DNA of 64,000 nt. It comes from Chrysomallon squamiferum. Lineage: Eukaryota; Animalia; Mollusca. The stretch covers positions 28,768,001 through 28,832,000 of the forward strand of contig CM022679.1 in assembly GCA_012295275.1 (NCBI GenBank), written 5' to 3'. A program made the position numbers and the translations under genes. Of this stretch, positions 33,326 to 47,088 are shown piece after piece. The stretch's first letter is position 1. Every line of letters starts with the position of its first letter. Below the pieces are notes generated by a model that worked only from the letters and a program-made list of their open reading frames with translations, was not told the DNA's origin and made no database searches.

Positions 33326-34455
33326 TAACAATAATAATAATAATAATAACAATAAAAATTATAACAATAATAATAATAGTAATAATAATATTTATTATTA
33401 TTATCTATTCTAAATATTATTGTTATTGTTGTTATTATAGTTGTTTTAGTTGTTTTTAATATTAGTGTTCTTGTTGTTACCACTATAACTACTACTACTA
33501 ATACTACTAATACTACAGCTACTACTAATATAAAGAAGAGAGAGAGAGAGAAAGAGAATAAACGATGATCATCCTGCAACTCAGCTTCAAGGGAATAAAG
33601 CGACGTCTGGCAAAGAAGACTCATTCTGTAATGCTAACTGCACTAACTAACTTAACCGAACAGTAAAGAAGAGTGGACAAGAGAAACGTACAAGAGTCGT
33701 CTCTGTTAGTCAGTGTAACTGACCGCACGAAATAATTAGACTTCAAGTCTACCATCCACCAAGGGTTTTCGTCATCTGGGACGGTTGTTGCACAGAAGTC
33801 TGTGTAGAAACTGGACCCAGTGTTACCATCAACTGCACTCCAAGCCGCGGATTGGTTTGTCAGATATCGTGAGCTGATGGTGGTAGGTTTATTGAGGGCT
33901 TCATTTTTGGGCGCACTATCTGAAATAGGTAACAGAATCAAATATCAGTGAATTATTTTTATCTCTTTTAATTTTTCTTTTATATTGTTGTCGTCGTCGT
34001 TGTTGTTGTTGTTGTTTTTATTTGGCTAGTTAAGCGCCAAGGTACGAGAACATGATATTTAATTATTATATATTTACTGTGGTACAGAGATTTTTTGTTG
34101 TTGTTTTCCACACTTTTAGCAAATAACAATAAAAACGAGTGAATGGAATTAGGCCTTAATTATATTTTGTTTACAAAACATTTATTAGTAAGCAGAAAAT
34201 ATATATATTAAACCGATTCTAGATTCTCTTCGAGGCATCCAGGTAAAAATGATTTTACATGGAGTTAAAATGTGGAATAAAAAAAAGTATTGTTGAGATA
34301 GCATGAAAAGCAAGTTTGACTGAAACATTAGAATTTACTACTGCAATAAAAACAAATATAATAATAATAATGTTTGAAAACAACGACAACAAAAAATTAT
34401 ACTTACATCCGGAAGGAATGATTATAGCGATTATAAAGATGACGTGTTCATACAT
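32094..34455 (-). CDS. Secreted F-type lectin + PAN/apple protein, copy H (250 aa, intact, most divergent)
   Basis: Exons 34455-34407 (MYEHVIFIIAIIIPSG), 33919-33692, 33253-33017, 32332-32094; 753 nt in frame. Motifs NEALNKP, AVDGN, PWWMVDL, GRFVRIRK, LSLCEVEV, then PAN ending DYYGSDLC*. Confidence 0.9.
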
Positions 34456-35236
34456 CTTTCCAGAACAGTGTGACTGACTTCCAGTTTGGATATCTGTGAG
34501 TCAACTGAACATTTTTCAACACTGTGTTGTTTCCAGTTATAACATGAAGTGTTTAGCCTATCAGCCACATCAATTAATTCTCCACTCTGTACAAATCACC
34601 ATTAACAATTGTTGTTCATAATATAGAAAGTACTGATATACAGTTATAATCACTTCAGTTTTGCTTTTCGTTTCAAAAGTGGGAAATAATTAATGAAGGC
34701 AACGATATAGTAAACGCTTCTCATTCATGTTAGTGATGGTTTGTGAGAGTATTTTAATTGCATCGTTGGTTTCATCGTAAATTTCTTCATAAAAAAAAAA
34801 AAAAAGTAATGAACGAAATATTAATTAAAGTGAAAGAGCTTCTGCGGTTAATCCCAGCAAATGATACGTTTGTTGTTATCTGATTTCGTTTGTGTGACTT
34901 CACAGTTTAGCAGTATTGTCTGTGGCGGAGAGAAACGGGTCAGTATTTCGTTATATGTTGCAAAACCAGATTTTCCTTTCAACGTTGTTTTTCTTGTTGG
35001 TGTTATTGTTATTGTTATTAAGTTGTAAGCTGAATAGCGTTAAAAGAAGCAAACATTTTATTTTTGAAATAGCATTAGAACAGTTGTGGCAATATTAATC
35101 TTCTCAAAATTTAGGCCTGCAATAAATGTAAATACAGCGGTACAGATTTATTTCAGAACCGCATCAGTTACAAAGAGTGATTCTCTAAACTGGAATTTCT
35201 CCAGTATATACATTATGTTTTTTTTTTTCAGTATAT

Positions 35237-35271
<35 letters not shown>

Positions 35272-35282
35272 AACTATTTGCA

Positions 35283-35313
<31 letters not shown>

Positions 35314-36649
35314 TATATATATATACATATGGGGTTTTTTTGTACGTTTTCTTAATTAAAACTCAGTAACACAATTATGTTACAGGGGATGGGTCAAATA
35401 TTTAAAATCTCCTCTGTATGAACAGCTTTTCTTTTCAACGCTAATTTCAAACCTGCTTTCATACTCTTTGATGTATATCAAATGAATCTGGAAAATGTTA
35501 AATGGTATTATGTCGTTCCTGTTCACCTCGCGATTCCAAACTATGTTATAAAATGAAAATCAGTTAAAAGCAGGTTCTTAATCAAAGCACTGAAACTATT
35601 TGCAAGAAAATGAATACATGCAGTACTTACATGAAAAAGAATTTATTAAGTATTTACAAGAAAAAAGACACTTTGAAACGCTTTGCTTTTAACTGAATTT
35701 TTATTATGTATTCTTCTTATTATTATTATTGTTATTGTTATTGTTATTGTTATTGTTATTGTAATTGTAATGGTTATCGTTATCTTTATCATTATTAAGG
35801 TAATATACATAAATCTGTTAATGGTGTTTGGTGTACACTTGTACGTAATGAACCACATCCAGCCAAAATACTTGTTACCATGACGACATAGTATTATTGG
35901 AAAATTCATATATTAATATAATTCCTGAAACAGATATTCATTAAAAAGTAATTATTTTTTTATTTGAAATAGTTTTTGCAGTACAAGACTAACATACATC
36001 GTTATTGCTAATGAATGATCTCTATTTTTTCTTTATAGCAATACCAAACTCATCTTTAAAAGACACATCAGTGTCCAAATCAAGCTTTTCTGAAATGTAG
36101 TATGTTAACAGAATTTATTATTTTTAAAAAATAAAAAAAAATACAGAAAAACAACAACAAAGTTGATGAAAATTAAAATGTTCTGTATTTCGTTAAAATT
36201 CACGTTTAATATTTTTTAAAAAGGTGTTTTATAAAATCCAGAACGAAAAGCAATTTCACACACTTTTTCTGAATTTGAATAAAAAAAACCTGGGTTTTCT
36301 TTCTATCTACAAGTTTGGTTGAATGGGGTTTATACTGATGATTTTTTGTCTTAAATTCTCTTAAATATTTCACTTTGTACATTACATGAGGAAAAATGTA
36401 AACAGACTGACGTTAAAACAAAATTTCAAACATAATGCTGGTAAAACATGTAAAATGAAATGAGCAAACTGAATAATACTTAAAAGGTAAATGAATGCTA
36501 TATATATATATATGTATGTATATTAATATAAAACGGCTATACATTTACATACATTAAGGATTTTGGATTTATTAAGACATTCACAAAATAATTTATCACA
36601 TTTCGCAAATTAGAAATTCTGCCGAGTCTTTGTTTTGATGCACACACGC

Positions 36650-38187
36650 TCAAGGTTTCCTCCATTCAAACTTCGCCAACTCATAAATTAGGTCACAAAA
36701 GGCGATGTAGTTGACGTTGCTAATGCCGCCGATCTTGACGTCAAACTGCTGCCAGATGAGCTGTATCTCTTCCTCGGTGGCGAGGCTGTTCAGCTCCAGC
36801 TCAGTGAGCACGCGGCGAAACTGGTTTCGTGTGACGCTGCCGTTGTGCACCTTGTCGTAGTCTTCAAACAGCGGAAACAGCTGCATGCGACGTTGTTGAA
36901 CCTGTACACGACAGAGGTGGTGATTAACTCTTACATCTGCTAAAATTCAAGCCTATTCCTCAAACATTTACACAAATTACTTAACAGTTGTTTGAAATAT
37001 ACAATGATTTTTTTTTTTTCTTTGTATGTATTGTTTTTGTTGATTTTGTGTTTGTTTTTGTTGTTGTTGTTGTTGTATTGTTGTTTTATCACTGTCGCAA
37101 GTGCGGACGTAGCTGAGTTGCAAAGACTTGTAACTAGGAGAATGGCTGATATTTTACAAATATGTTCGAGAATAACAAACCTTTATACAACCTTTCATCT
37201 TTATTTTATTTTTAATCAATATTTATCTCTGAATGCCTCCTTTGTAATTAATTAATCGATAACTCTGAAATAATGTTGATGTTTATGGTGCAGATGGATG
37301 GAAGGATGGATGGATAGACAGATATAGAGACGAGAAAGAGGACGAATGAGGACAAAGAGAAGAGAAAGGAAGAGACAGGTACAGAGATACAGAGACATAT
37401 GGACATGCACGCACGCACGCACGCTAACATTTCCTTACCTTGTCTGCAATTCGTTCCAAACATGCCACTAATTTGCTCTTAATACAAACAGGCAGCTGGT
37501 TTTCTGTCCACTCATCAGGCGGAGTGAACTGGCAAATTTCGTTAAGAGGAGATTTCTCCAGGTTCTTCTGAGTAAAGATTGATTCTATCTCGTCACAGAA
37601 TGACAGGTAGTCCACGTAGCTGGGATTCGTGCAGTTCTTATACCTGAAAGAAACAAGATTTTTTTTTTTTTTTTAAAGTGAGAAAAAACGAACAAAAGTT
37701 TTTAAAGAAAAAGTAAGAAGAGGTTTTGAAGAATTGTATACATCTGTATAACTGTAAATTTGATAATTTTCTAAATGATTGTTTTATTTGATTCTTGAAA
37801 ATAAATATTAAATTAAAATAAAATAAAATAAAATAAAAAACTAAACTAAAATTAAATTAAATTAAATTAAATTAAATTAAATTAAATTAAATTAAATTAA
37901 ATTAAATTAAATTAAATTAAATTAAATTAAATTAAATTAAATTAAATTAAATTAATAAATAAATAAATAAAATAGTAATAATAATAATAAATGCTAATTT
38001 ACCTGTCTTCTAAAATTGCCATCTCGGACTCGGTCAGGTCAAAGCGACACAAGGTGAGCGCTCGCCGGAACAAAGACTTGAGAATTCGACCTGAGTGAAG
38101 TTTGTCGTAGTCTCGCATGAAGTCTATCGCTCGTACCCTCTCCTTGGCTACCTGCATTCAATTAATCATCAAAACACATTTTAATAT

Positions 38188-38232
<45 letters not shown>

Positions 38233-38275
38233 GTGTGTGTTTGTGTATGTGTGTGTGTGTGTGTGTGTTTGTTTA

Positions 38276-38306
<31 letters not shown>

Positions 38307-39670
38307 GTGTGTGTCTGAATAAATTAAAGAATGACAAAAAAAAGGAAGGAAATAACAAAGGAATCTATCGAACTTCGAGTTCATGAATGAATCGGTGGAA
38401 AGAGAAAGTATTTTTGAATGTTAAAATCAAAGTTGTCAATGATTACAACTGTTACAAACATTCAGCTTTATTTTGTTTATAAAAACAACTTTGAAACAAG
38501 TAACACTTTAAATGATTACAAATTTACTGCAACTTTTCTAAACGAAACACTTTTTACAAATATTTCAGTATACATTTTTACAAATTCAAATCTTGCTGTA
38601 GGAAGTCGGTCTACTTGCATTTGTCTGTTCGTGAGCGTGTGCGTTCGTGTGAATAAATAAATATATATGTTTCTAACCTTTGTTTTGATCTTCAGCAGGA
38701 CTGATTCTAAATCAGTGACTGGGTTTCGTTCAGGCAGTTTTGATTTCTGGTTGGTTCTGTTCAGAATGTCTTGTATCTCATCGTACATGTACTTAGGTGG
38801 CTCTTTTGGTTGAAGCTCGGCGAGAAAAGCGTTGTAGTTGAATCCGACGTCGTTGGTGTAGACGGCCTCTATGGCCTCGAGTTCAGTCTCCGTAGCATGA
38901 AGTTCCAGCATCTTCAGACACTGACGAAACTGAGGCCTGGTCACGTGACCGTTGTTATGCCTGAAAACAAAGAGAATTAAACAAATTTCAATTATTAGTG
39001 ATTGCCAGGTTGCCAGGAATGCAGTATTCGAAGAATGGAAAACTGTTTCTATCATATTACGCATTTAATTTGTGAGTTAGGAAACATGGTTTTCTTTTAA
39101 TATGGTAACAGAGAGCACAGAACTTATTATGCATCAGCAATGAGGAAATAACTGGAATGGAAAATAATTACAAACAGAGTTTAAACAAATACACGTCAAA
39201 ATAAAAGAGGAATCTTTTGGAGATCCATGGACAACTTATAGAACACACAAGCATTTGTTCAAGCTAGTGAGGTCCTTGTTTGAGCAAACGGGAAGAAGGA
39301 GAAGAAGACGATGATGGTGAAGAAGAAGAAGATCAAGAAGAAACAGAAGAAGAACAAGAGTTAAAATTTCGACATGTCTGTGTTTTGTAAGAATTACTTA
39401 CTTGTCAAAATCTTGGAAAACTGGCTCTACAAGAATTCTCCTCTGCTCTACTCGCTGCCTCAGTCGCTCCACTGTCCTCTGGAACAGGTCGCTGTGCTCC
39501 TCTGACGCATTCTCCGCTACAACAGTCCCAGGCTTCGGCAGCACGAAAACCTTCGACGGTGGAACTCGGTACAAGGGGTCCTTCTCCAAGTTGTTTTCAG
39601 TGAACACTAGCAATTAATTAATACATTTTGAATAATAAAATAACAAATTCAAAAATATACATTAACCGTG

Positions 39671-39752
<82 letters not shown>

Positions 39753-40275
39753 TTTTTCGGAACATTAGAACATTTAAATAATATACATCATCTGTTTTGC
39801 AGTCTAAAACCAGACATGTAGAAATGCAGACAAACACATAGATTAACAGACAGACAGACAGACGAGAGACAGACATATCAAACCAAAAAAAAACGGAACT
39901 GAAGACAGATAGATGAATGGAGAAACAGACAGATTATTTACTGACAGATAGTAGGACATTATTCAAAACGTTAAATGATATTTGCAGTTTAACACACACA
40001 TTATTTGTGCCACACAAAGGAACTTATAAAGAGGAATATTTGTCTGTACCACTTTCAACATCCCTAATGAAGTTGACGTAGAGGATGTTGTCCTCCTTGC
40101 AGGGGTCCTGATAATAGTCACAGATCATCTTGTGTTGTCCATCAGTCAGATCGTGCCAGCCCAGGGTACTAAACCCCATCAGACTGAGTCCACGCCGGAA
40201 ACGCGATTTTGTGATGGAGCCAGAACGAAGTGGATCATAGTCTTCAAGATATTCCCCAATCTGAGTAAAAATAAC

Positions 40276-40316
<41 letters not shown>

Positions 40317-43300
40317 CAACAACAACAAAACAAAACAATAACAATAACAGTAACAGTAACAATAACAACAATAATAATGATAAATGATAATGATGATGAT
40401 GATGATGTTGATGATAGTAATATTAATTGTTGTTATCGTTATCATCATCCTCATCATCATCATCATTATCATTATTACTATTATTATTATTATTGAAATA
40501 ACAATCACAATGACACTAATAACAACAACAATAACAATAAATAAATAAGAAAACACAACAAAAATAACACAAAATAAACAAAAAAGACAAATATTTACCC
40601 TGATTCTGTTTGTGAGGACAAGATGTCGAATTCGCGCCATCAGATCTTCAAAAGTGATGTCTGGTTCGGGTGGGGTTCGTTCTGGGACTGGGCCCAGAGT
40701 TCTGTGTACATCAAGTAGACTGACATTCTCCATTGTGTGTCCAACAAACTCTGCAGATGAACAAAACAATCACATATACAGTCACTTTGTATAATCATCT
40801 GTATTTCTTTTTAACTCAGATACAGCTGCAATAATTTCCTATTTTAAAAGCAAGAACTGAATCAGTAAATCCTTGTGCAATTTTAAAAATTTTTACAACT
40901 TCTTTTCTATGCATGGTAAAACTGATCTGTAATAAGTGAAAAACTATTTGGATTTTTAAACATATATATGGCTGAGATTCTTAATTTTCATCATGTCAAT
41001 CATAACACAAAATACACACACATAATGCACACACGTAAACAAACTTACATATACATACACATAAATGCATGCATGCATACAAATATACATATATATAAGT
41101 AAGATTCTAAATCCAATAAAAATTGACACAGATGTGCAAACATATATATATACACACACAAATATTCATTGCTGACATATATGCACAACTACACACTGAT
41201 GTATACAAATCTCTATAACAAAGACGTATAACTACATACAGACATATAAACATACCCTGATCTACAGCTTGTACAAATGCTGGGTAATTAATGTCTCCTG
41301 TTTCTGGTTCCTCAAACTTCTGACACAAAAGTTTCAAATCTTCTGATCCTACATTCAGACTGAGAAAATGAAGAATGCGAGCAAACTGTGACTTTGTTAT
41401 CACCCTTGTGTATGCAATTCCCTGAAAGAACAGACAAAAAAAAACAGTTTGAAAATGTAGACATGAAATTCTGATAATTAGGATCCAAAGCAGGCAAACT
41501 GTGAAATGAAACTGTGATTATTCAGATGAAAACAGGACAGTTTCAGACAAGAAATTTTAACTGTATCTAAATATAATAATTTTGTTCAAATCAAGACTGT
41601 TTTTCTCATTCCTACACTTTTATATTTTTTAAATAGAAAATATAAAATTTATATCCAAAAAAAAATGAAAACTTTTGAAATTATTTTAACTATAAGTGAA
41701 GTGAAAAACTTGTCGAAATGAAAACTGTTTATCCCATTCTAACCCTGTCAAAGTCTTTGAAGTATGGATACATCATCAATCTTCGTCTTCTGACACTGTC
41801 AGAAATTTCTCTCAGAACTTCATGTAGCCGGTTTTCTTCCTCCTCAGACAGTGGCTTCAACCCCTGAAACAAACATTTTTGTTTATCATCATTTCAAACT
41901 TTAAATTCATATTTAAACATTTAAAAGAAAATCCGATACATACTCTGAAACCAAAAAACAAAATGAATAAACTAACAAATAAACATTTGCGTGTTGAGAA
42001 AAGAAAACAGATAAAATAATGTCTAACTCACAGTGTGTCCAGTTAATTTAACTTATTAAATGTAATAAATAATATAATTAATGGTTTTGACACATAAGGC
42101 ACTGAACACACATGTATGCATGCACATATTTGTGTGTATCTTTGTATAATTGTTTTTATGCATTCAAAATGTTGCAGATGTTGTAACTTATTCAAAACAC
42201 ATTCCACATCACAAATTTCTGTTTATCAAGTAAAAAATAAAAGACAAACCCTCCACAGTGCACCCTGCATCGGCCTCACAACCTCCTCTGTTGGTTTCTT
42301 CTCTAGATCAGGAATGTTGAAAGCTGAAGAGGAAAAAACAAACAAATTTGCAATAAAAACAAAACAGTCAAAGATATTTATAAAATATTTAATACCGCAC
42401 AATGACCAAATGTAAAATGGTATTTAAAAAAAAAATGCACTCTTTCAATCCATTTCAAGTGGCTGGGGTTTTTTAAATATAATTTTATTTATTCTTTAAA
42501 ATGGAAAGATAAATCTAGCAAAATTGTCAGATGTTGATGATTACAGAGTTATCCCTCTTGAACAGAACATAAGTTAATTCTTGTATTATTTATTTTAAAA
42601 AGGGCATTAATTTATGGATGTATCATTTGATTTGTTTGGGGTTTTGGGGGTTTTGGGGGTTTTGGGGTTTTAAATTAACAAATGAGTCTATACCCTTCCA
42701 TAATTTTAAAGACACATTTTAAGTTTTATATTCACACCACAACAAAGTCTTTAAAGAGAAACAAAAAGAATACTGAAAAAAAAAAATGAAATAAAATGTT
42801 GTCAACTCACCATTCTCCATGACGTCACAGAATTCCTTGTACCTCACGCGACCGTCGGGTTGGCGATAAAACTCCATCACTTTCTGCATCTCTGCCCGCG
42901 ACAGCTGCGCCTGTTTCCCAACGGCGATCGACAGGCCGCACAGGAACTGGTTGGCTGTGATTGCACCACTCCTCAGCTTGTCGTGGTCTTTGAAAAACTC
43001 CACAGTTCGAATGCCGTACTTGTACACAGCCACTCGTATCTTGTCCAGGATTGAGTTCAGGCTCGGATCAGGGGTCAGCTGTTTTAAAAAAAAAAAATTC
43101 AAAATAAGTAACCTTTACATCTTCATTATTCAAAATTCAGCTAGTTTCCTCTGCAATTCCTCTTTATCAGCTGACTGTTTAACCAGATAAATAAATCACC
43201 TTTAAAATATGGCGTATCAAAAATACTTGTACAAAAAATAAATCATTAAAAACACAAATATAAAAAAAAAAAAATGTTTTGTACAACATAGTTTTGTCTG

Positions 43301-45756
43301 GAATAACAAATCCCATGGTAAGTACTGTCCCATTTAAAAGTTTACTTAAAAGATTCCTATTTAATAACTCATAAGAAGAGTTCATGAAATGGCTGCACAT
43401 TCTCTCACATTAAGTATTAACATAAAATAAGTACAAGTTTTAGGTAACTTAATCATTGTTACTAAATTAATATTAATTAATTCGTTCCTTCTTTAATATT
43501 TTTGTTCATTCTTTCATCTTCACTGATTCATCAAAAATAACAATAACAAATGATAATTTTAATATTAACAAGAATAATAATGATAACAATACCAACAATA
43601 ATTTTAATAATTATAAAATAATAATAATAATAATATTAAGAAGAAGAAGAAGAAGAAAGAAGAACTGACCATTTGTGGAGCAATGTCCACTTTGAGTTCT
43701 TGGAGAAGTCGTGGGTCTTGGGGTGCTTCGGTTGATGTGACGGCCATGATGTCATTATGAAGATTAAGATAGTTGAGCATGCCAGGTTTCTGTGGGTGTC
43801 TGTACTTGGAAAGCAACATGCTGATTTCTTGTTCATTCACATCTGCCGGACCAGGGAAACTTCGATAGAACTACAAATAAATAAACAGTGTTTTGTTACT
43901 CTTGTATACATATATACATACATATATATGTGTGTGTGTGTGTGTGTATATATACACACAACAATAATGATAAATATGAATATGATCTTATCATAAATAA
44001 ATGCAAGGTTAGTTTTTTTTTTTCATAAATTCATAAAATGTTAAATTCTTATTTTGTAAATATTGAAAAAAATTCATTAATTTGAAAATAATTTTATACC
44101 ACTGCTCAATATGAGTCAATATATATTTTTTGTTCATGACATATGTTAAAGTAATCTTTAAATAAATAACAAGAATTTATAATACTTATTAATAATTTAG
44201 TACTGGTAAGAACTTTTTCTTAATTATAATTCATGTTAGAAGCTTAATAGCAAAAATCAGAAACACAATAACAAAACTCAACATGACTGATTATATTATT
44301 AACAAACTGTTTTATTAATGAAAAATTCTAATTAACATGGTTACTTCTGTTAGTCCAGACTAATTTATTGCTGCAACCTCTTTAGATAAATATATAAAAA
44401 AAAAAATTAAATTAAATTAAAACTCAACTAACATCAGTTCTGTCAATGAAATTCTTTAATTATGAACTTTTTTGGTTAACGAGAACTGTTTTCACTAATT
44501 AGCACAACCCCTCTAAGGAGGTGAGATATGTTTTGTTTCCTGGGTTCTTACCTGACTCTCTGTGATAAGACCAATGTGGTGCTTGTCAAAATCTTCGTAG
44601 CACGTCCTCAGGTTGATTCCGTGCACCTGGTAATACCTGGCCATTCGTTCAAGCACCGACCCAATTTTGTCCTCACCCTCCGGACCCAGAGGAATAAAAC
44701 TTCTAAAAGTCCCAAGTCTGAAATTTGTTTAGATTCTCAAGTTTTAGATTCTGTTGTTTTTAATTCAAATTCTTAAATTTTAGATTTGTGATTTCTTTTT
44801 TTTTTTTTTTTTTTTATTGCTTTGCATTTTTGGTTGTCTCGAGTATTTTTATTTTTATTTTATTTTATTTTTATTTTTATTTTTTTTATATTTCAAAAGA
44901 GTTTCCATTTCTCATTATTCTGTTGCATATCTTTTGGTTTTACATTTTGAAGAATATGAAAGAGGACACATTATTTGTATCTGACAAATTATATATATTT
45001 CAAACAAAAAATATTCAACACTGAAGTATTAAATTAAATAACAGACAGAACTCATTCAGACTCTCTCTGTTTCTCCCTCCCCCATATACTCACAGTTCTG
45101 GGGGGTCTTTCTTCTGTGTTTCGGGGTCTGTGTAAACATCACTGGGGTTGAAGTGTTTATCGATGGCCTCACAAAACAACTTGTAATTTATCTGGCCATT
45201 TCTTTTCAAATCATACTTTTCAGCGAGAGCATCAGCTTCCTCCTTTGTCAGTTTCACTCCGAGCGTCTGCCACAAACATCTAAAGAACTGAGGCTCTGTA
45301 GCGGAAACATTAGATTTAAATTATTTAATGAACAGATAAACACAGTTATAAATAGAATAAATAAATACTAAAATAAGTAAACAGATTGTAATGAACAAGA
45401 TTTCCATCTGTTGAGTGTTAAGAAAATTATGTGATTATGTTGTTTATTTTTGTTTTCAATGATTTCTTGTTTTGTCAGTTTTTGTTGTGTTTTGGTGTAC
45501 AGTGTAGGTTATTTTATAGTTCTTTATTTTTCTTGTTTAGTGTGAGTGTGAGTATGTGTGTTTAGGAGGTGTTTTTGATGGGGATATTTCTTTCTCCTTT
45601 TGTTTTTTTAATTTAACAAAAATCTGCTTTACCTGTAATATAGCCTGAGCGTAGTTTGTCAAAATCCTGAAAGAATTCTGTGACTCTGATGCGTTTGGTT
45701 TGGGCCAGTGTACGAAGATTGTTTTCAACAATATTGGGTGAAACTGCTGTAGCCAT
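36650..45756 (-). CDS. Multi-EF-hand repeat protein, ~925 aa, CFAP115/EFCAB6-like candidate ciliary microtubule inner protein
   Basis: 15 phase-consistent coding exons: 45756-45633, 45295-45094, 44717-44552, 43870-43670, 43078-42811, 42323-42250, 41863-41744, 41421-41256, 40750-40599, 40260-40050, 39606-39402, 38960-38678, 38151-38003, 37643-37439, 36901-36650 (2778 nt). Eight modules of the form F.D.D....G.IT..QF.R.L ... G.INY..F. The gene model is secure; the family name is from recall. Confidence 0.8.
37810..37990. repeat. (TAAAT)n / (TAAAA)n pentanucleotide microsatellite
   Basis: Direct reading, intronic. Confidence 0.9.
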
Positions 45757-45772
45757 CGTAGCAGTTATATCT

Positions 45773-45825
<53 letters not shown>

Positions 45826-46320
45826 TTCCAAGCCAAAATTACTAACAAAATGTTATATATCGAATTACAGTTTAAGTAGTTAAATTTTCGTCGGAGGCCT
45901 TAAGATTAAATTATAATGCTTTAAAATCTGTTAATATCATACAAAGATCGTAAAATATCAATCGTAACCAAACATTTTAATTCCAAAGTTCACATTTTTT
46001 AAAATAATAATTATAATAATGATAATAATAATAAATAAATTAAATAATTAATATATTAATAACTATTCACTATGTCCCGAACTGGATATAAACTACGATG
46101 AATTTTGAAGTACTTGGCCTGTCAAACCAGTATTCTGCCTGCAACTAACGAAATACGATAAAATAAAAATAGCAGTCAACATAGATATATTTAAAGACAG
46201 TTATACTTTTAAACCTGCAATTATTTTCTTGCATAAACACAACATTACCTTTTCACAGATTAGTGTTTAACAACTTTCAAGACATTAGCTTGTTGTTTTC
46301 ATCCAGTAAGATGTTGAAAC

Positions 46321-46346
46321 GTTGCTAAGAAACACTGACATGCGCA
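46321..46346 (-). promoter_or_regulatory. RFX X-box (GTTGCTAAGAAAC) and adjacent TGCGCA in the putative promoter of the EF-hand gene
   Basis: Reverse complement GTTTCTTAGCAAC fits the X-box consensus. It lies just upstream of a likely non-coding first exon ending at donor AAG|GTAATG (46249), which would splice to the acceptor at 45770. Confidence 0.6.
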
Positions 46347-46840
46347 GTTTGCTCTTCCGATTAGTGAGTTGATCTAAAATGCGGATCGGATTTGTTGATT
46401 CGTTGCCCTTAGATTGTATTAGTCTGTATAAAATTTCGTATAACTGTTTCGTCACTTGTTTCTTGAAAAATGCAAGAGTATATTTATGGCAGAATTATAA
46501 TATTTTAATTATTATTCTTAATTTATAAACATCTGTCAAGTAGATATTCTTAATTTAGATGCGGTAAACCCTCGGATGGGCAGACTTAAAGTTTAACGAA
46601 CACACATCTGCTGAACCAGTTCCATTAAAACCGACGCAAATGATTAACTACCACTGGAACAGGTCGTGATTAATGTGGATGGATCAAACCCACATAATTT
46701 TATTACTGTATATGTTTGCATATATCATATATCATCTGATGTAAATCTTGTGTCTGCACTTGTTTAGTGACCGCAAACAAGTGGCACGTCGCTCAGTTTA
46801 GGTCACGGAATTTGCTTATTTATTGTTCTCAATAAAATAA

Positions 46841-46875
<35 letters not shown>

Positions 46876-47014
46876 GCCTATTTAAACATCCAGAAATGCA
46901 TGACACCAAATCTGTCTTGTCGTGAATCCTTTGCAAAATCGCGTTATGTCGTCCATAAACTTTAACATGTCACAGACAACATATCGCTTGACCGCAGACT
47001 TACTCAGTACATAT

Positions 47015-47088
<74 letters not shown>

